Source: Amoebophrya sp. A120
Taxonomy: Eukaryota > Protista > Dinoflagellata
NCBI GenBank assembly: GCA_905178155.1
Contig: CAJINV010000019.1
Coordinates: forward strand, 1,038,913-1,102,912
Direction: 5' to 3'
DNA: 64,000 bases
This document shows positions 37,901-49,077 of the stretch, piece after piece; the first letter of the stretch is position 1, and each line of letters starts with the position of its first letter. Below the pieces are notes generated by a model. The model saw only the letters and a list, made by a program, of their open reading frames with translations, was not told the origin of the DNA and searched no databases. Both the position numbers and the translations under genes were made by a program.

Positions 37901-40900
37901 TCGATTTCGACCTCGAAGCTTCGAAGCCATTCAGCAACCGCCGACACTCATCCAAGTCGTAAGGGTTGGGTAGAGGGGGAACTCCGGGCGGTAGTTCTTT
38001 CATCATTTTGTTCCGGTGCTCTACTTTTATTTGTGGAACCTCGATCTCGTCGTCCTCGTCCTCCACATCTTCATGATCCCCGACGTCGTATAAAATGCAA
38101 AAGTGTCTGGGTCTGGAAACTTGTAATGCTGGGTGGCGTCTCATGATGAGGCCACAAATGCTGGCTCAGCATGACAAGTTTCTGAGCTTCTAGGTGTTGC
38201 CTATTCTGCATGACAAACTGCGTTTCTGCATCACAGGAAAATGGAGCGTGTGGGTAACGTGCATGACAGATTTAAGTAGAGTCATGCCAGACAAGCATAA
38301 CAAACATGCATTCTTCCAGACCCAGACACTTTTGCACTTGATACGTCATCACTGTCCAAAATGTCGTCAAAGTCCTCCAAGACCTCCACACCCTCCTCGT
38401 CTTCAAAGTCGCTCAGCTGGAAATTGTTCTTCTTGTTGTCCTTCTTATCTCGACCACGTCGTCCAGCTTTTTGCCATTGTTCTTCTTCTTCTTCTTGCCC
38501 CTGTAGAACCTCCGCCTGTTCTACTTCTAGTTGCTCATCATCGTCTTCTTCTCTGTCTTCGTCCGCGATTTCTACTACAGGATTCTTGCCGCGGCCCTTT
38601 AGCTTCTTCTTGTTGTTTTTCTGGCCCTCTTGTTGTTCCGGATGAACAACAAAATCGTCCTCAATAGGCAAGATCTTCGTTCCCGGATTGCAGTCGTCCT
38701 CGAGGGCCAAAACCGACATGTTCTTCTTCTTGTTATTTGTGAGTCCCTTCATTTCGGCGATTTGCTGTTCCGTCCGCTTCTTCAGCCGCTCAGCCTGCTG
38801 CGCGGGGTTCAGCTTCCCCTCACGGATACGGTTGAAATCCCGGGCCAGCGCCATCTCCTCCACGTTCCGCGCTTCGCCGGTACGACAGTTCGACGTCATG
38901 CGCTTCCAGGAGGAGCTGAAGGCGTATGGAATGCAAGTATGTCTGGGTCTTCTGGAAGATTGCCAGGCTTGCCATGCATGTTTTGCATGACCCAGGGTGC
39001 CTCTAATGCATCACCTAGCATAACAGATTTTTAGAGGGTTTCCTGATGCCTATTTCGCATGAGAAATGGCGGCCCCTCCGTGACATAGCACAAACTGGCG
39101 AGGCAATACAGATGTTTCTAGAATCCAAGGACAGCATCACAAGCTGGATCCTTCCAGACATCCAGGAATACTTGCATTTGATAAAGCGTCCCTCGTGACG
39201 AAAACCGCGTCTTCGTCCTTGACTGCGGTGAGAATCTGCGGCTTGAAGTATTACAATGAAAAATGCCCCCACCCCAGAACTACCTGGCAGCATTTGTATT
39301 GCAAAGCTTTCCAATGGAAACACTCTCTGTCTTGCATCTATCAGCATCACAAATTTTCCATGCTGAATAGCTCAAATTTGTGTTGCAAAGGGGCCCAACA
39401 GCAGCCGGATCTGTTATGCAAAAGATACCTTGCTGCGCACCTAGATTCTGCATCAGAATAAAGGGTCGTAGTCCTTTCATGCAAGACAAAAAGATTGCAT
39501 TTGGAAACTTCGCATGAGAAAGAACTTTAGCAAATTCCGCGATCGTGGGGGCATTTTTTATTGTAATATGATGGTGATGCCCGGCCCGGTCGCGCCCTGA
39601 AATTGGCACCCCGTGGTGCGGAGCGACACCAGGGCCGCGAGCTCTTCGCTGGTCGGCTTCTATCAAACTGAAAAATGCCACCACCCTCGAACTTGGGGAC
39701 ATTTGTATTGCAAGCCTTTCCACATGAAACACTCGCCCTCTTGCATCTATCAGCGTCACAGAATAATTCCAATCGTGAATAGCAAAAATTTGCGTTGCAA
39801 AAGATCCCAGTAAGAGCAGCGCTTGTCATGCAAGCGATGCGATACACGCCTAAGTAGACTCTGCATCAGAAAGATTCATACTCCTTTCATGCATGGCAAA
39901 AAGTTTTCATTTGGAAACTTCGCATCACAAATTTTTGCAAATTTGGGGGTGGGGGCATTTTTCACTTTGATAGCTTCCGCGTCGCTTTCTTCGTGGGACA
40001 GAGCAGCCCCTCGGGATCCAGACCCTTATGGATTGCAAAAGTGTCTGGGTCTGGAAGAGTGTAAGCTTGTCATGCAGGTTTTCCATGACCCATGATATCT
40101 GGAATGCGGGACCTAGTATGACAGAGTGTGTGAGGTCTCTGCCATGCCTATCCTGCATGAGAAACTGCCTCCCAACTTGGTCGAAAGTGGACAGCTTTTG
40201 GCACTCATGCAACACAGATTTTTGCATTATTCGGATGTAGCATGACAAGTTGTAATCTTCCAGACCCAGACATTTTTGCAATCCATAACCCTTCTCTTCG
40301 CACATTTGCTGGTACTCCATCTCCCTGTCCCGCTTCTTCATCCAGTGATCCATCAAAGAGCGGTCCCGCTGGTCCCGCCTCCGCGCGTCGTCCTTCAGTT
40401 CGCGCGCGCGCACGGCAAACGCCTTCTCGTCTTCCGCACTCCCGGACCCGTACCGAATCGGGTCCTCCAAAAAGGCCTCCCAAAGCAGCTTGGTCCGCTT
40501 CAGCGGCATGCGGTGCTTCACGACCCAGGCCTGGAACACCTTGGGCTCCCGATGCACCGCGCTGAAGAGCGTCAGCAACTTCTGCATCGACGGGTTCGTG
40601 CCCGCTTCCTCCTCTTCCTCGTAGTCATCCAGGCCCTTGAGAATCTTTTTCCGCTTCTTGTCAACCACAAGCTGGTGCCCCGGCTCTTCTTGTTCGCCCT
40701 CGTCATGATCTCCCTCCTGCTCTTCACTCGAAGTAGAGACTTCATCACCTCCGCGCAGCACGACATCAAGATGGCCACTACTTGCTGCTGCCATACGTTT
40801 ATTTTTCTTCCTGTCCGCGATGGCCGCTTCCTGCTGCTTTTGTTTGTTTTGCTCGATTCGCATTTTCTCGATGTACTCAGCCCGCCAGGCGGCTAGTTCC

Positions 40901-43900
40901 GTGTCCCAGGTGGTCAGCCATTGCTTGTACTCTTTGTTGGGAATCAGGTACTTTCCTTTCCCCATCTTCGGGTCCTGTGTCAGCAGCACATTCTTCGCGA
41001 CGGACAGCATCCAGTAGAGCTGCTTCCGAAACTCGTGAATGAACTTCTTCGTTTCCGGGGAAAAGCTGAAGCCCGTTTTCTTTAGGTCCTTCGTTTGCTC
41101 GTGGTAAACCACAAGCTTTTCCTCGTAGGCTTGTTTCATGACGACGTAGGTCGCGCCCGGGTAGACACCGAGAACCTCGTAGAAGTTGCAGAAATTTCGC
41201 CCCGTGATCAGCCTCTTCGTCTTCCACATCGAACCGCTCAGGAACTCGGTGCAAAACTGCTGCTATCAAATGCAAATATATTTGGGTCTGGAAACTTGTA
41301 ATGCTGCGCTGGGAATAGTAAATGCTCTGTAATGCACAGCCAAGCATGAGAAATATCTGCGCTTCTTTGTGTTGCGTTTTTCGCATGACAAACTGCGTTT
41401 TTGCATGACAAGCAAATAAAGGGTCTCTTCTTGGACACGCATCACAAATTTTTTTGTCATGCCAGACAAGCATGACAACTCTCGCAATCTTCCAGACCCA
41501 GACATTTTTGCATTTGATAGCTGCACGGAGTCTGCGATCGTGAACTCGCCCTTGGACCCGGTCGTGTAGTGCTCCTCGTCCAGTTTGCGCTTCTTTCGCA
41601 AATACTATGGATTGCAAATATATATGTCTGGGTCTGGAAACTTGTAATGCTGAATGGTCATGATTGACTCTGCCAGTAATTGCAGTGCAGCATGACAAAT
41701 GTTTCAAACGCTTTCTCATGATGCGCAGAACGCATTACAAACTGCGCTTTTGCATGACGAATTAAAGTGTGGCGCGTCATTTGCTGCTTATGCGATACAG
41801 ATTTTTTAGGAATGCGAAGCATGCAATACAGGTTCAACCTTCCAGACCCAGACATGTTTGCGGTCGATAAATACATTTGGTCGTCAAAAGCGTCGTCGTC
41901 GACCGGAATTAGCACGTTGAGCTGATCTTCACCCAATGGACCCTCCTGGTGGTCCTTCTCCACGTGGTCTTCATCTGCGTCGGTATTTGTTCTTGTATCT
42001 CGTCGTGATAGTTGTACCTCCTGCTGCTGCACACTACCTTTATTTCCTTTCGAAGTCCACCCGGGTGGGTTATTTTTGTCTTGCTCCAGTTGTTTTGTTC
42101 TTCCGCTTCCCTGCTGTTTATTGCCCTTCTTCATCAATAAAGCTACGGAAGCTGAAGAAGCTGAGCTGCTACTCCCGCCGGCGCAAGATTTTTGCTGTTT
42201 TGATCCGCGGCCCAGGTCTTGCAAGAGAGCCGCGGTCGCAGAAGAAGTGTTCATCTTGGCGAAAGAGGAAGATGAGGCGAGGAAATCTTTACCATCTCGC
42301 TTCTCGTCTTTGGTTTTTGTTTTGTTGTTGTTTTTTCCAAAAATTTTTGAGCCAATACTTTTTTCATCAATAGCAAAGCCGGTACTAGTACCAAACATGG
42401 AACTACTATCTTCGTCCAACGGCAGCAGATTTTCCGTCACGAAACCCTCCGCCTCGTCGGCGTCAAAGAGATCGGCTTTTAGCAGATTTTTTGGTTGCTC
42501 GCTACTGTCACCAGCAGCACCCTGGTAGTACTCGTAGTTTTTCCGCTTTTCGGAGGATGAGGAACTGCTGGCACTACTGCTTTTGCTGTCGCTCTTCTTC
42601 CAATCCTTATTGTGCCGCTTATTTTGTTTAGTTTGGGCTCCTTTGCCTTGTTTTATATCCTCTTTGTCGTTCTTCTTTTCCACCACTTTGGTTTGCTTTG
42701 TACTTTTGCTTTGCACACGCGACAGCATCAGGACATACCGGTCCGGGTCGCTGACCATCACATTGTTTTTTTTTGGAGCTGCTCTTTTCGGTTTCGGCTT
42801 CGGTTTCGCTGGCGCGCGATAGTCATCGTACTTATCGTGCGGGGGAACGGAAGTCGGCTCTTCACCATACACCTTGTCCACATGAAATATTGTGAGGAAA
42901 AATCCCCCCTCCCCATTCTGAAACGGGATGCTTGTGTTGCTGATTTGTGACCACAAGTCAGCTCTGTCTTGCAAGAAGGCAACTCCACAAGCTCCGCAGC
43001 ATTGCGCAGGCGGTTTGTGTTGCTGATGGGCCTACAGCGCAGACGTTTCCCATGCTAGACGCCTAGGCCAAAACCTCCCTACTTAGGCTTAGTATGGGCC
43101 TGCATTCCTCTCCAGGAAGACAAATCTGATTTGTGTACGCAAATCCTGCACCAGAAACGTCGTTTTGATATGGGGAGGCGGGATTTTTCCTTTTGATATG
43201 AAACCAGAATTCTTCGCTGATGCTGCTTATCCTGAGTAAAAACGTACCCACACCAGAGTTGTAATGCAGATTTGCAAAGACCGGAAGACTTGTAATGCGC
43301 ATCCCCATGAGAGCCATTTCCAATCGTGTTTTGGAATGTGTGATGCTGTGAACAGGATGAGCAGATGAATCTGTGATGCGGCTGCACTTGCTAACCTGCA
43401 TTACGCTGCAGCGTGCAGCTTGTCATGCGTGACTCACAAAACTCCTAGGTTTGTGTTGCAAAATCCCCATCCTGACTCTGGTGTGGGTACGTTTTTACTC
43501 AGGATACTGCTAAGATCTTGTTCATTCCCGGCGTCACCTGCACCTCCGAGAGCCTTCTGCAGCTCGAGGTCATACCTGTTTCTTGATTCTATTTTTTTAG
43601 AAGATCCATCGTCATTCAGAGACTTCTAACTCAAAAAGTGCGGTAAATAAGTAAGTACTTAAGTGAAATTTCAAAAACCAAAAGAACGCGGCAAATTTTT
43701 TTTATCAGAATTTCTCATGCCGAAGTCCCTGCATCAATCTGACACTTCTCTCGACGTAGTGAGCCCATGTATTAGCACCACGACACAACGAACTATACTT
43801 TCGCTTCTTCTCCGCATCCAGCAGAATGTGCTTGCCGGCGTTTACCAACTGGAAAGCGCGCCGATTTTTTTCCTCGTTGATATCCGCGCCCTTATACTCG

Positions 43901-44399
43901 TACCTGTACTATGGATTGCAAAAATGTCTGGGTCTGGAAGATTGCAACTTGTCATGCTGTCTTTGGATTCCAAAAAAAATCTGTATTGCGCGGCCAACAA
44001 CAGGAATACAGTTTGTGTTTCGCGGAGAGGGCATTTCTCATGCGGAATAGGCATCAGGAAGCCCTCTAAAAATCTGTGATGCTGGATCATGCATTACATG
44101 CATCATGGATCATACAAAATATGCATCACAAATCCCGAAATCAATCTTCCAGACCCAGACATTTTTGCAGTTGATATGCACTGAAAATTGATGAAATCCA
44201 GGCAGTGCTTGACCGTGTCAGTGTCGGAGTTTACGGTGATGGGCTCGGTCGCGAGAAGGGTAAGCTCGGCGTAATAATCAACGGGCTTGGGGTCGAGGAG
44301 AGTCTTCTCCTGGACGTTGGCATCGTCCTTGTTCGTGCTCGAGGCTAGTTCTCCGGCTCGCAGCTCCACCTCGCCCTGCTGAGTAGTAGATGACGGCAT
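31931..44399 (-). CDS. very large charged protein with two degenerate DnaJ-like segments; 21 introner introns
   Basis: Frame followed by eye through all junctions from about 43620 to the stop at 31931. J-like segments: VDYYAEL...AFQLVNAGKHILLDAEKKR and NFYEVLGVYPGATYVVMKQAYEEKLVVYHE. Intron structure at 43630-43800 unresolved. Confidence 0.75.
32704..32968. mobile_element. introner family G (265 bp)
   Basis: G-type TIR; DR CTCCA/CTCCA. Confidence 0.93.
33014..33219. mobile_element. introner family E variant (206 bp)
   Basis: TIR TATCCAAGAAAAAAACACCRTCACAATCAC; DR CGCAT/CGCAT. Confidence 0.95.
33595..33861. mobile_element. introner family A (267 bp)
   Basis: A-type TIR; DR TGTCG/TGTCG. Confidence 0.95.
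33981..34194. mobile_element. introner family E (214 bp)
   Basis: TIR TATCA..GAAAAAAGTGTTACAGTTACACA; DR CCCCC/CCCCC. Confidence 0.95.
34253..34487. mobile_element. introner family H (235 bp; G-related)
   Basis: TIR TATGGCGTTCTCAA.TGTTACATTCTCAA.TGTTACA; DR CCGTT/CCGTT. Confidence 0.95.
34539..34992. mobile_element. long diverged family-A-like introner (454 bp)
   Basis: Residual GGGTCTGG/CCAGACCC TIR; DR TCTTC/TCTTC; frame restored (RVK|KSLY). Confidence 0.8.
35536..35859. mobile_element. introner family B (324 bp)
   Basis: B-type TIR (left end TAC); DR GGACA/CGACA. Confidence 0.92.
35921..36184. mobile_element. introner family A (264 bp)
   Basis: A-type TIR; DR GGCAC/GGCAC. Confidence 0.95.
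36269..36535. mobile_element. introner family A (267 bp)
   Basis: A-type TIR; DR CGTCT/CGTCT. Confidence 0.95.
36585..36863. mobile_element. introner family F (279 bp)
   Basis: F-type TIR; DR TGGTC/TGGTC. Confidence 0.95.
37379..37642. mobile_element. introner family A (264 bp)
   Basis: A-type TIR; DR TGCTC/TGCTC. Confidence 0.95.
38089..38343. mobile_element. introner family A (255 bp), interior nearly identical to 840-1092
   Basis: A-type TIR; DR CGTCG/CGTCA. Confidence 0.95.
38925..39183. mobile_element. introner family A (259 bp)
   Basis: A-type TIR, diverged; DR AGGCG/AAGCG. Confidence 0.9.
39249..39568. mobile_element. introner family I (320 bp)
   Basis: TIR TATTACAATRAAAAATGCCCCCAC; DR TGAAG/TGATG. 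Confidence 0.92.
39661..39972. mobile_element. introner family I (312 bp)
   Basis: TIR TATCAAA.TGAAAAATGCC.CCACCC; DR GCTTC/GCTTC. Confidence 0.95.
40027..40287. mobile_element. introner family A (261 bp)
   Basis: A-type TIR; DR ACCCT/ACCCT. Confidence 0.95.
41264..41519. mobile_element. introner family A (256 bp)
   Basis: A-type TIR; DR GCTGC/GCTGC. Confidence 0.95.
41606..41869. mobile_element. introner family A (264 bp)
   Basis: A-type TIR; DR AATAC/AATAC. Confidence 0.93.
42888..43198. mobile_element. introner family B (311 bp)
   Basis: B-type TIR; DR TGAAA/TGAAA. Confidence 0.95.
43228..43506. mobile_element. introner family F (279 bp), near-identical inverted copy of 18443-18721
   Basis: F-type TIR; DR CTGCT/CTGCT. 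Confidence 0.95.
43910..44176. mobile_element. introner family A (267 bp)
   Basis: A-type TIR; DR TGTAC/TGCAC. Confidence 0.93.
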
Positions 44400-44942
44400 T
44401 TTCTTCTTTTATGATCTCGTTGCGTTCTTTTCGGCGCTGGTCTCTGCGTCTGCGATCTTCAACTCTATAACTTTCTCAGATGCCGACCACCTCCGTATGC
44501 TCTTGTTTGTTATCCCAGCGCCAGCACAAATCACAATCAGAGCACGGTTGCATTAAGTACGCAGGCAACATTCATTTTCGAGAAACAGCACAACGACGAC
44601 AAATAGCACATCAGTACGCCGAAACAACAAGAGCGCGATAACCAACGAGCAATTTGAGAAACTGGACCCTCTTCTACATCACTCCCAGGTCTACTACAAC
44701 TCACTCTGTGTCGCTCTAGCACTCGAAGTAAAGCCAAACGCCTAAGAAAGCCGCGAAAGAAACTGTTGAGACTTTGACTTTCAAATGAAAGGGATGCTCC
44801 GACACTGTGACCATTCTGCAAGTAGCCCCGTAGAATGCTCAAACGCAGCCTCACCCCAGACGTGAAAAACCCATTGCGCCGACCCGGGTGCGCGCGATGC
44901 CGGCTTCAGCTATTTCGCAAAGCACGCCTCATCTCAGGTCTT

Positions 44943-47900
44943 CTATTCTTGGAAAGTTGCTTTTCTTGTTTTTTCGTGGCGCTCCTGCAGCGTGCGTGTA
45001 AAGCTTTCATCTGACGAATTTGTTCCCGCAATACTAGTACTTGTACTTGTACTTTCTTTATTTCTCGAAAATAACAGCGACAACACAGACAAAACATTCA
45101 ACACTAACGGAAACGCGGTGAGGTACACGAGGCTTTTTGTGAAATCAGGAAGAGTTGTCTTAATTTTCCCGTCGCCCGTAGTATTTCCGGAAGACGACAG
45201 CAGAATCAGTAATTCTGGCCCGACCGCACTGCCGATGACCATAATGGCCTTGGCCAAACCCTGAATCGCCCCGTTGTGCAATCTCCCAAAAGCCCGCGCA
45301 TGTGCGGTGGTTTGTAGCGTGTTGTTAAAACCGGTGGCGAGCCCCTGTAGCCCGCCAAGGAGTGAAATAAACCCTCTTTGGAAAGAAGGGGTTGTGGCGA
45401 AGGACGAGAGCAAAAAGTTCTGCCTTGAGTTTTTATTCACTTCGACATCTGTTTCCGTTTTTGCAAGTATCGGTGAAGCCGGCACGGCTCGCTGCTGTAG
45501 TTCATCCCGCTCGATCGACAAAAACACCGCGGTGCCCCAGAAGCACAAAATTTCAAAATTGTTTGCCATCATAGCAATGAGCTGCGAGGGGTAATTTCTC
45601 TGGTCATAGTTGTTGGCTTTGGATTTGGAAGTACAAGTTGTACTATTTGAATTATTTATTCTATCCGGTGGCGTAATAAAGCACCCATACATCTTGGCCG
45701 CGACCAAACTGCCGAGGGAACCGCAAATACCCATGGAGACGTAGAAATAGGACAGGTCGGCGGGATGGATAGTTTTGATCTGATGTCTACTTATTGTGCT
45801 GGACGGTGACAAAGCTGTCTCTGTAGGGGTCCTCGCTTCGCCATGATCAGTTGTACTACGTGTACCCTCACGACCGTCGCCACCTCCCAGAAGAATTGAT
45901 TCCAAGTGAATCAGCAACGCCGCGTTCAGCCCGCCTGTCACCGCCATGGTCAGTGAGAAAAGCCAAAAGTGAACGGTTCGCACCGCTTCGGAGAGCGTGA
46001 AGTTTTGTTCCTCTGCGGGTAGTGGTCCTTCTACCGGCTTGGTGACGTCCTCTTTTAGGTGTTGTGCGGATTCTACTAGTTCCGCATCCTCTGCGTCATC
46101 CTTTTCTAATGAACGGTCTTTCTTTTTGTGTGAAGTTTTATCGTCTACTACCCCGTGGTCCTCTTCATCGTCATCGACCAAATTTTCCAGTTCGATCGCC
46201 GAATAAGCTGCAACGTCCCGTTTCCTACCCACCGTCTTTGCCCGGCTGGCGAGTGAAGTTGATGATGATGCGGGTCTACTTCCTGCGTGTCCATGTCTAT
46301 TTGGAGATTTCATCCTAGAACAAGAACTTGAAAGCCCAGCAAAGTTATCGATCTTTTCAGCCGGCAAAGGCAATCCGGTATCCACTGCGAGTCCGTAGTT
46401 CTCCGGCCTGTCGGTATCGGAAAGAAAAATACATGCAGTGTGGAGGCGCATGTTTCTCTCGTAGTTGGAGAACTGGTCATCTACTGCTGGTGATTTCAGA
46501 TCGATGACGATGCCTGATTTTTCGGACAATGAAGTTGCTCACTATACGCGCAAAAATGTCAAAACGTGTTGACTCGAGGAAATAAAACCCCTCATACATA
46601 GCACTCGGTGCGTTGTAGTTCCCTGTACTCGAATGATTGCGATTGGCATTGGGCAGCTGCCATTACAACGATTCTGCATTTATATTCTTTTTCATACTTA
46701 GTGCTGCATAGCTGCATCGCACGCACGACCACGACCATTCAAAAATGTTCTCGCATACTCCGCCATAAACAGCACGGCGATTGGAAGCAAAAAGAACAGC
46801 TCCAGCAGCCCCAGCTCGAAGAACGCTTTTCGCCAACCTTTAGTACTGCTACCGTCACTTTCTTCATCAGTTTTCCCATACCACTCGATCCGCGCTTCCA
46901 CCGCGGATGCAAAGAAGAGCAACGACGCCCCGGTACCCAGCAGCAGTCGCCCCTGCATTTCCGCCCGTTTCTCGATAAACCACTGATTCACTGCGTAAAC
47001 GGACGCGACCCAGAGGCAGCCGTTCCCCGTGGTTCGAAGCAGGTACAGCCCGACGCACAGTTCGAGTTTAGTTTGAAAAGGAACAGTATTTTTTCCGACG
47101 TGTGCATTTATTGATGCAGTCCTTGCAGAAGTACCTGCTTGCGCAGTCGCAGAAGTACTAGTGGCAGAGGGCATTGTACTAGTTGCGGATGCTTTTTGTC
47201 CTCTCAGTTGTGCTCCTTTTGTCGATTGATCTTGAGCTTCTGCTTGAGAGGCCGGAGGGAGCAAGGAAGTGCTTCGAGACAACGTCGACAGTGCTCTATC
47301 CGAGGAAAGCAGACTCCGAAGATTCATCAACATTAGATTCGCAGACCCAAAAATCGTCTTTTCATCAGGTAGTTCTACTGCGGATGTTCTCGTGCTCGTC
47401 GACGCTATATCGGGGGAAAAATCGTCAAAATTTTCGATCGCAGAAGGCCCCACGACGCCCCCACTGTTTTTCGCCGCCACAGAAGAAGCCGTAACAGAAG
47501 TTGTAGTGTCGTACACGAAATACGCCGTGTTTCCAGCACCGACAGCGGAGTACCAAAACGCCGAAAATCCGACCAGGAAAACACAGACCGGAAACATCAC
47601 GGTGACTCCGAGAAGGTCGAGCAGCTTCCCGAACGCCGGTAGGGTCAGGGCGGAGAAAACGGTCGCGATGAACCACAACTCCGAAATCTGCTGGATATCG
47701 ATTTGCAGCTCTTCCGAAATTTTCTTCGTCGTGGTACCAATGGTCGAGGCTTGCCCTGGGGCTGTGAAGGTGCAACCGAGGAAGGCGAGGAAGAGAACCA
47801 CATAGCCATAGTTATAGTGCTTCTTCGCGAAATACCTGATAAGCAAGTTCGCCGGGCGCTTTAGCAGAGCAGGGGGCAGAAGATGATCATGTGTAGGGGA

Positions 47901-48074
47901 CTGGCCGTTTTGGTGCACGTCGGTGGGAGGTCTTGCTGCACAGAGTTCTCGTTCTGCGTTCGCCTCGAGCGGAGACATTACTCGGCCGTTGAAACGTGTC
48001 GCGTCGTCGACGTCGTCGGCTGCATCATTTTCTTCCTCTTGTGCCGAATTCGACATTATGACGGGTTTTTTCAC
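44943..48074 (-). CDS. major facilitator superfamily transporter with long hydrophilic insertions (two ORFs, intron about 46530-46730)
   Basis: Many hydrophobic helices; YGYVVL..., FGKLLDLLGV (MFS loop motif), VNQWFIEKR, EAVRTVHFWL, FGRLHNGAIQG. Confidence 0.85.
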
Positions 48075-49077
48075 GCGAAGTGATCAATCTGTGCCGACTT
48101 TGAAAACGAAAATACGGATTATTTCTTTTCTAAAATTCCATTTCTGCTACGACAGCAAGCGAGCCCCGGAAATAAACCACGAACAGACGAGATTATATCT
48201 GACCCTGGGGCGGAGTTGCCGTGGCAACCTGAGAAGGTCAAGGAAGCGCACGCATTCCGACCTCACTTGTGGCATCAAAAGCCACCAAACTTCGCGTTTT
48301 TTTTTTCGCACTTATTTGCAGCAGCTGCCCTGTGCAAAATCCAAACGGATCTAGAAGTCCTTGCATAGCAGGACCGCGATCATATTGTATTTGGCGTAGA
48401 GTCCTCGAAATCGAATGTAGAAACTGAAAGTGCATTATCAGGGGCATTTTTCAGGAAAGTGGTTTAGAATAATAGCAAGCATGTACATACTACTGAATAG
48501 CTGAGTCTCAAACTCCTCCTATTTTCAATGTCAAATTGAAACAATTTCGTCGTGTGGGGTTTTGGTGTTACTTTTGAATTTTCACGGGTAGTACTTACTT
48601 CGATGAAACAGATAATCATGGGAAGTCGTGCAGCAGATCCTATGCATTTGAAGAATTCTGTGAATCTGAGCATAAAGCTCAAATAAAACTCGGCATGCAA
48701 CGTTTTCATCGTCGGGGGAGAACCTAAGAGTTCTTCGCTGATGAAGTTTAAAGCATGCTGGAAGTTGTACTGATCTCTGCGAAAAACTAGCTTGAAACAA
48801 GAAACAATGACTGTTGCTGTAAGATGAAAAAAAAAGTGTCATGTGCATTTATTATCCAAAAAGCGATAGAGTTACTCATAATTCTCCTTGACAGCAAGAG
48901 CTGCACTGATGTGGTTCTTCTTTTTGAATTTTCATTTTAATACCTGCTGTAGTTGACCTAACTATTATACAAGAGCTGTCAGAAGAAGAAGTTCCTCTTC
49001 TGGCAGTGTAAATTCAATTACTCACCCGCCCGCAAGATGCGGTAAGTAGCTCTTCACAACACAGTTGTTCTTCCTCA

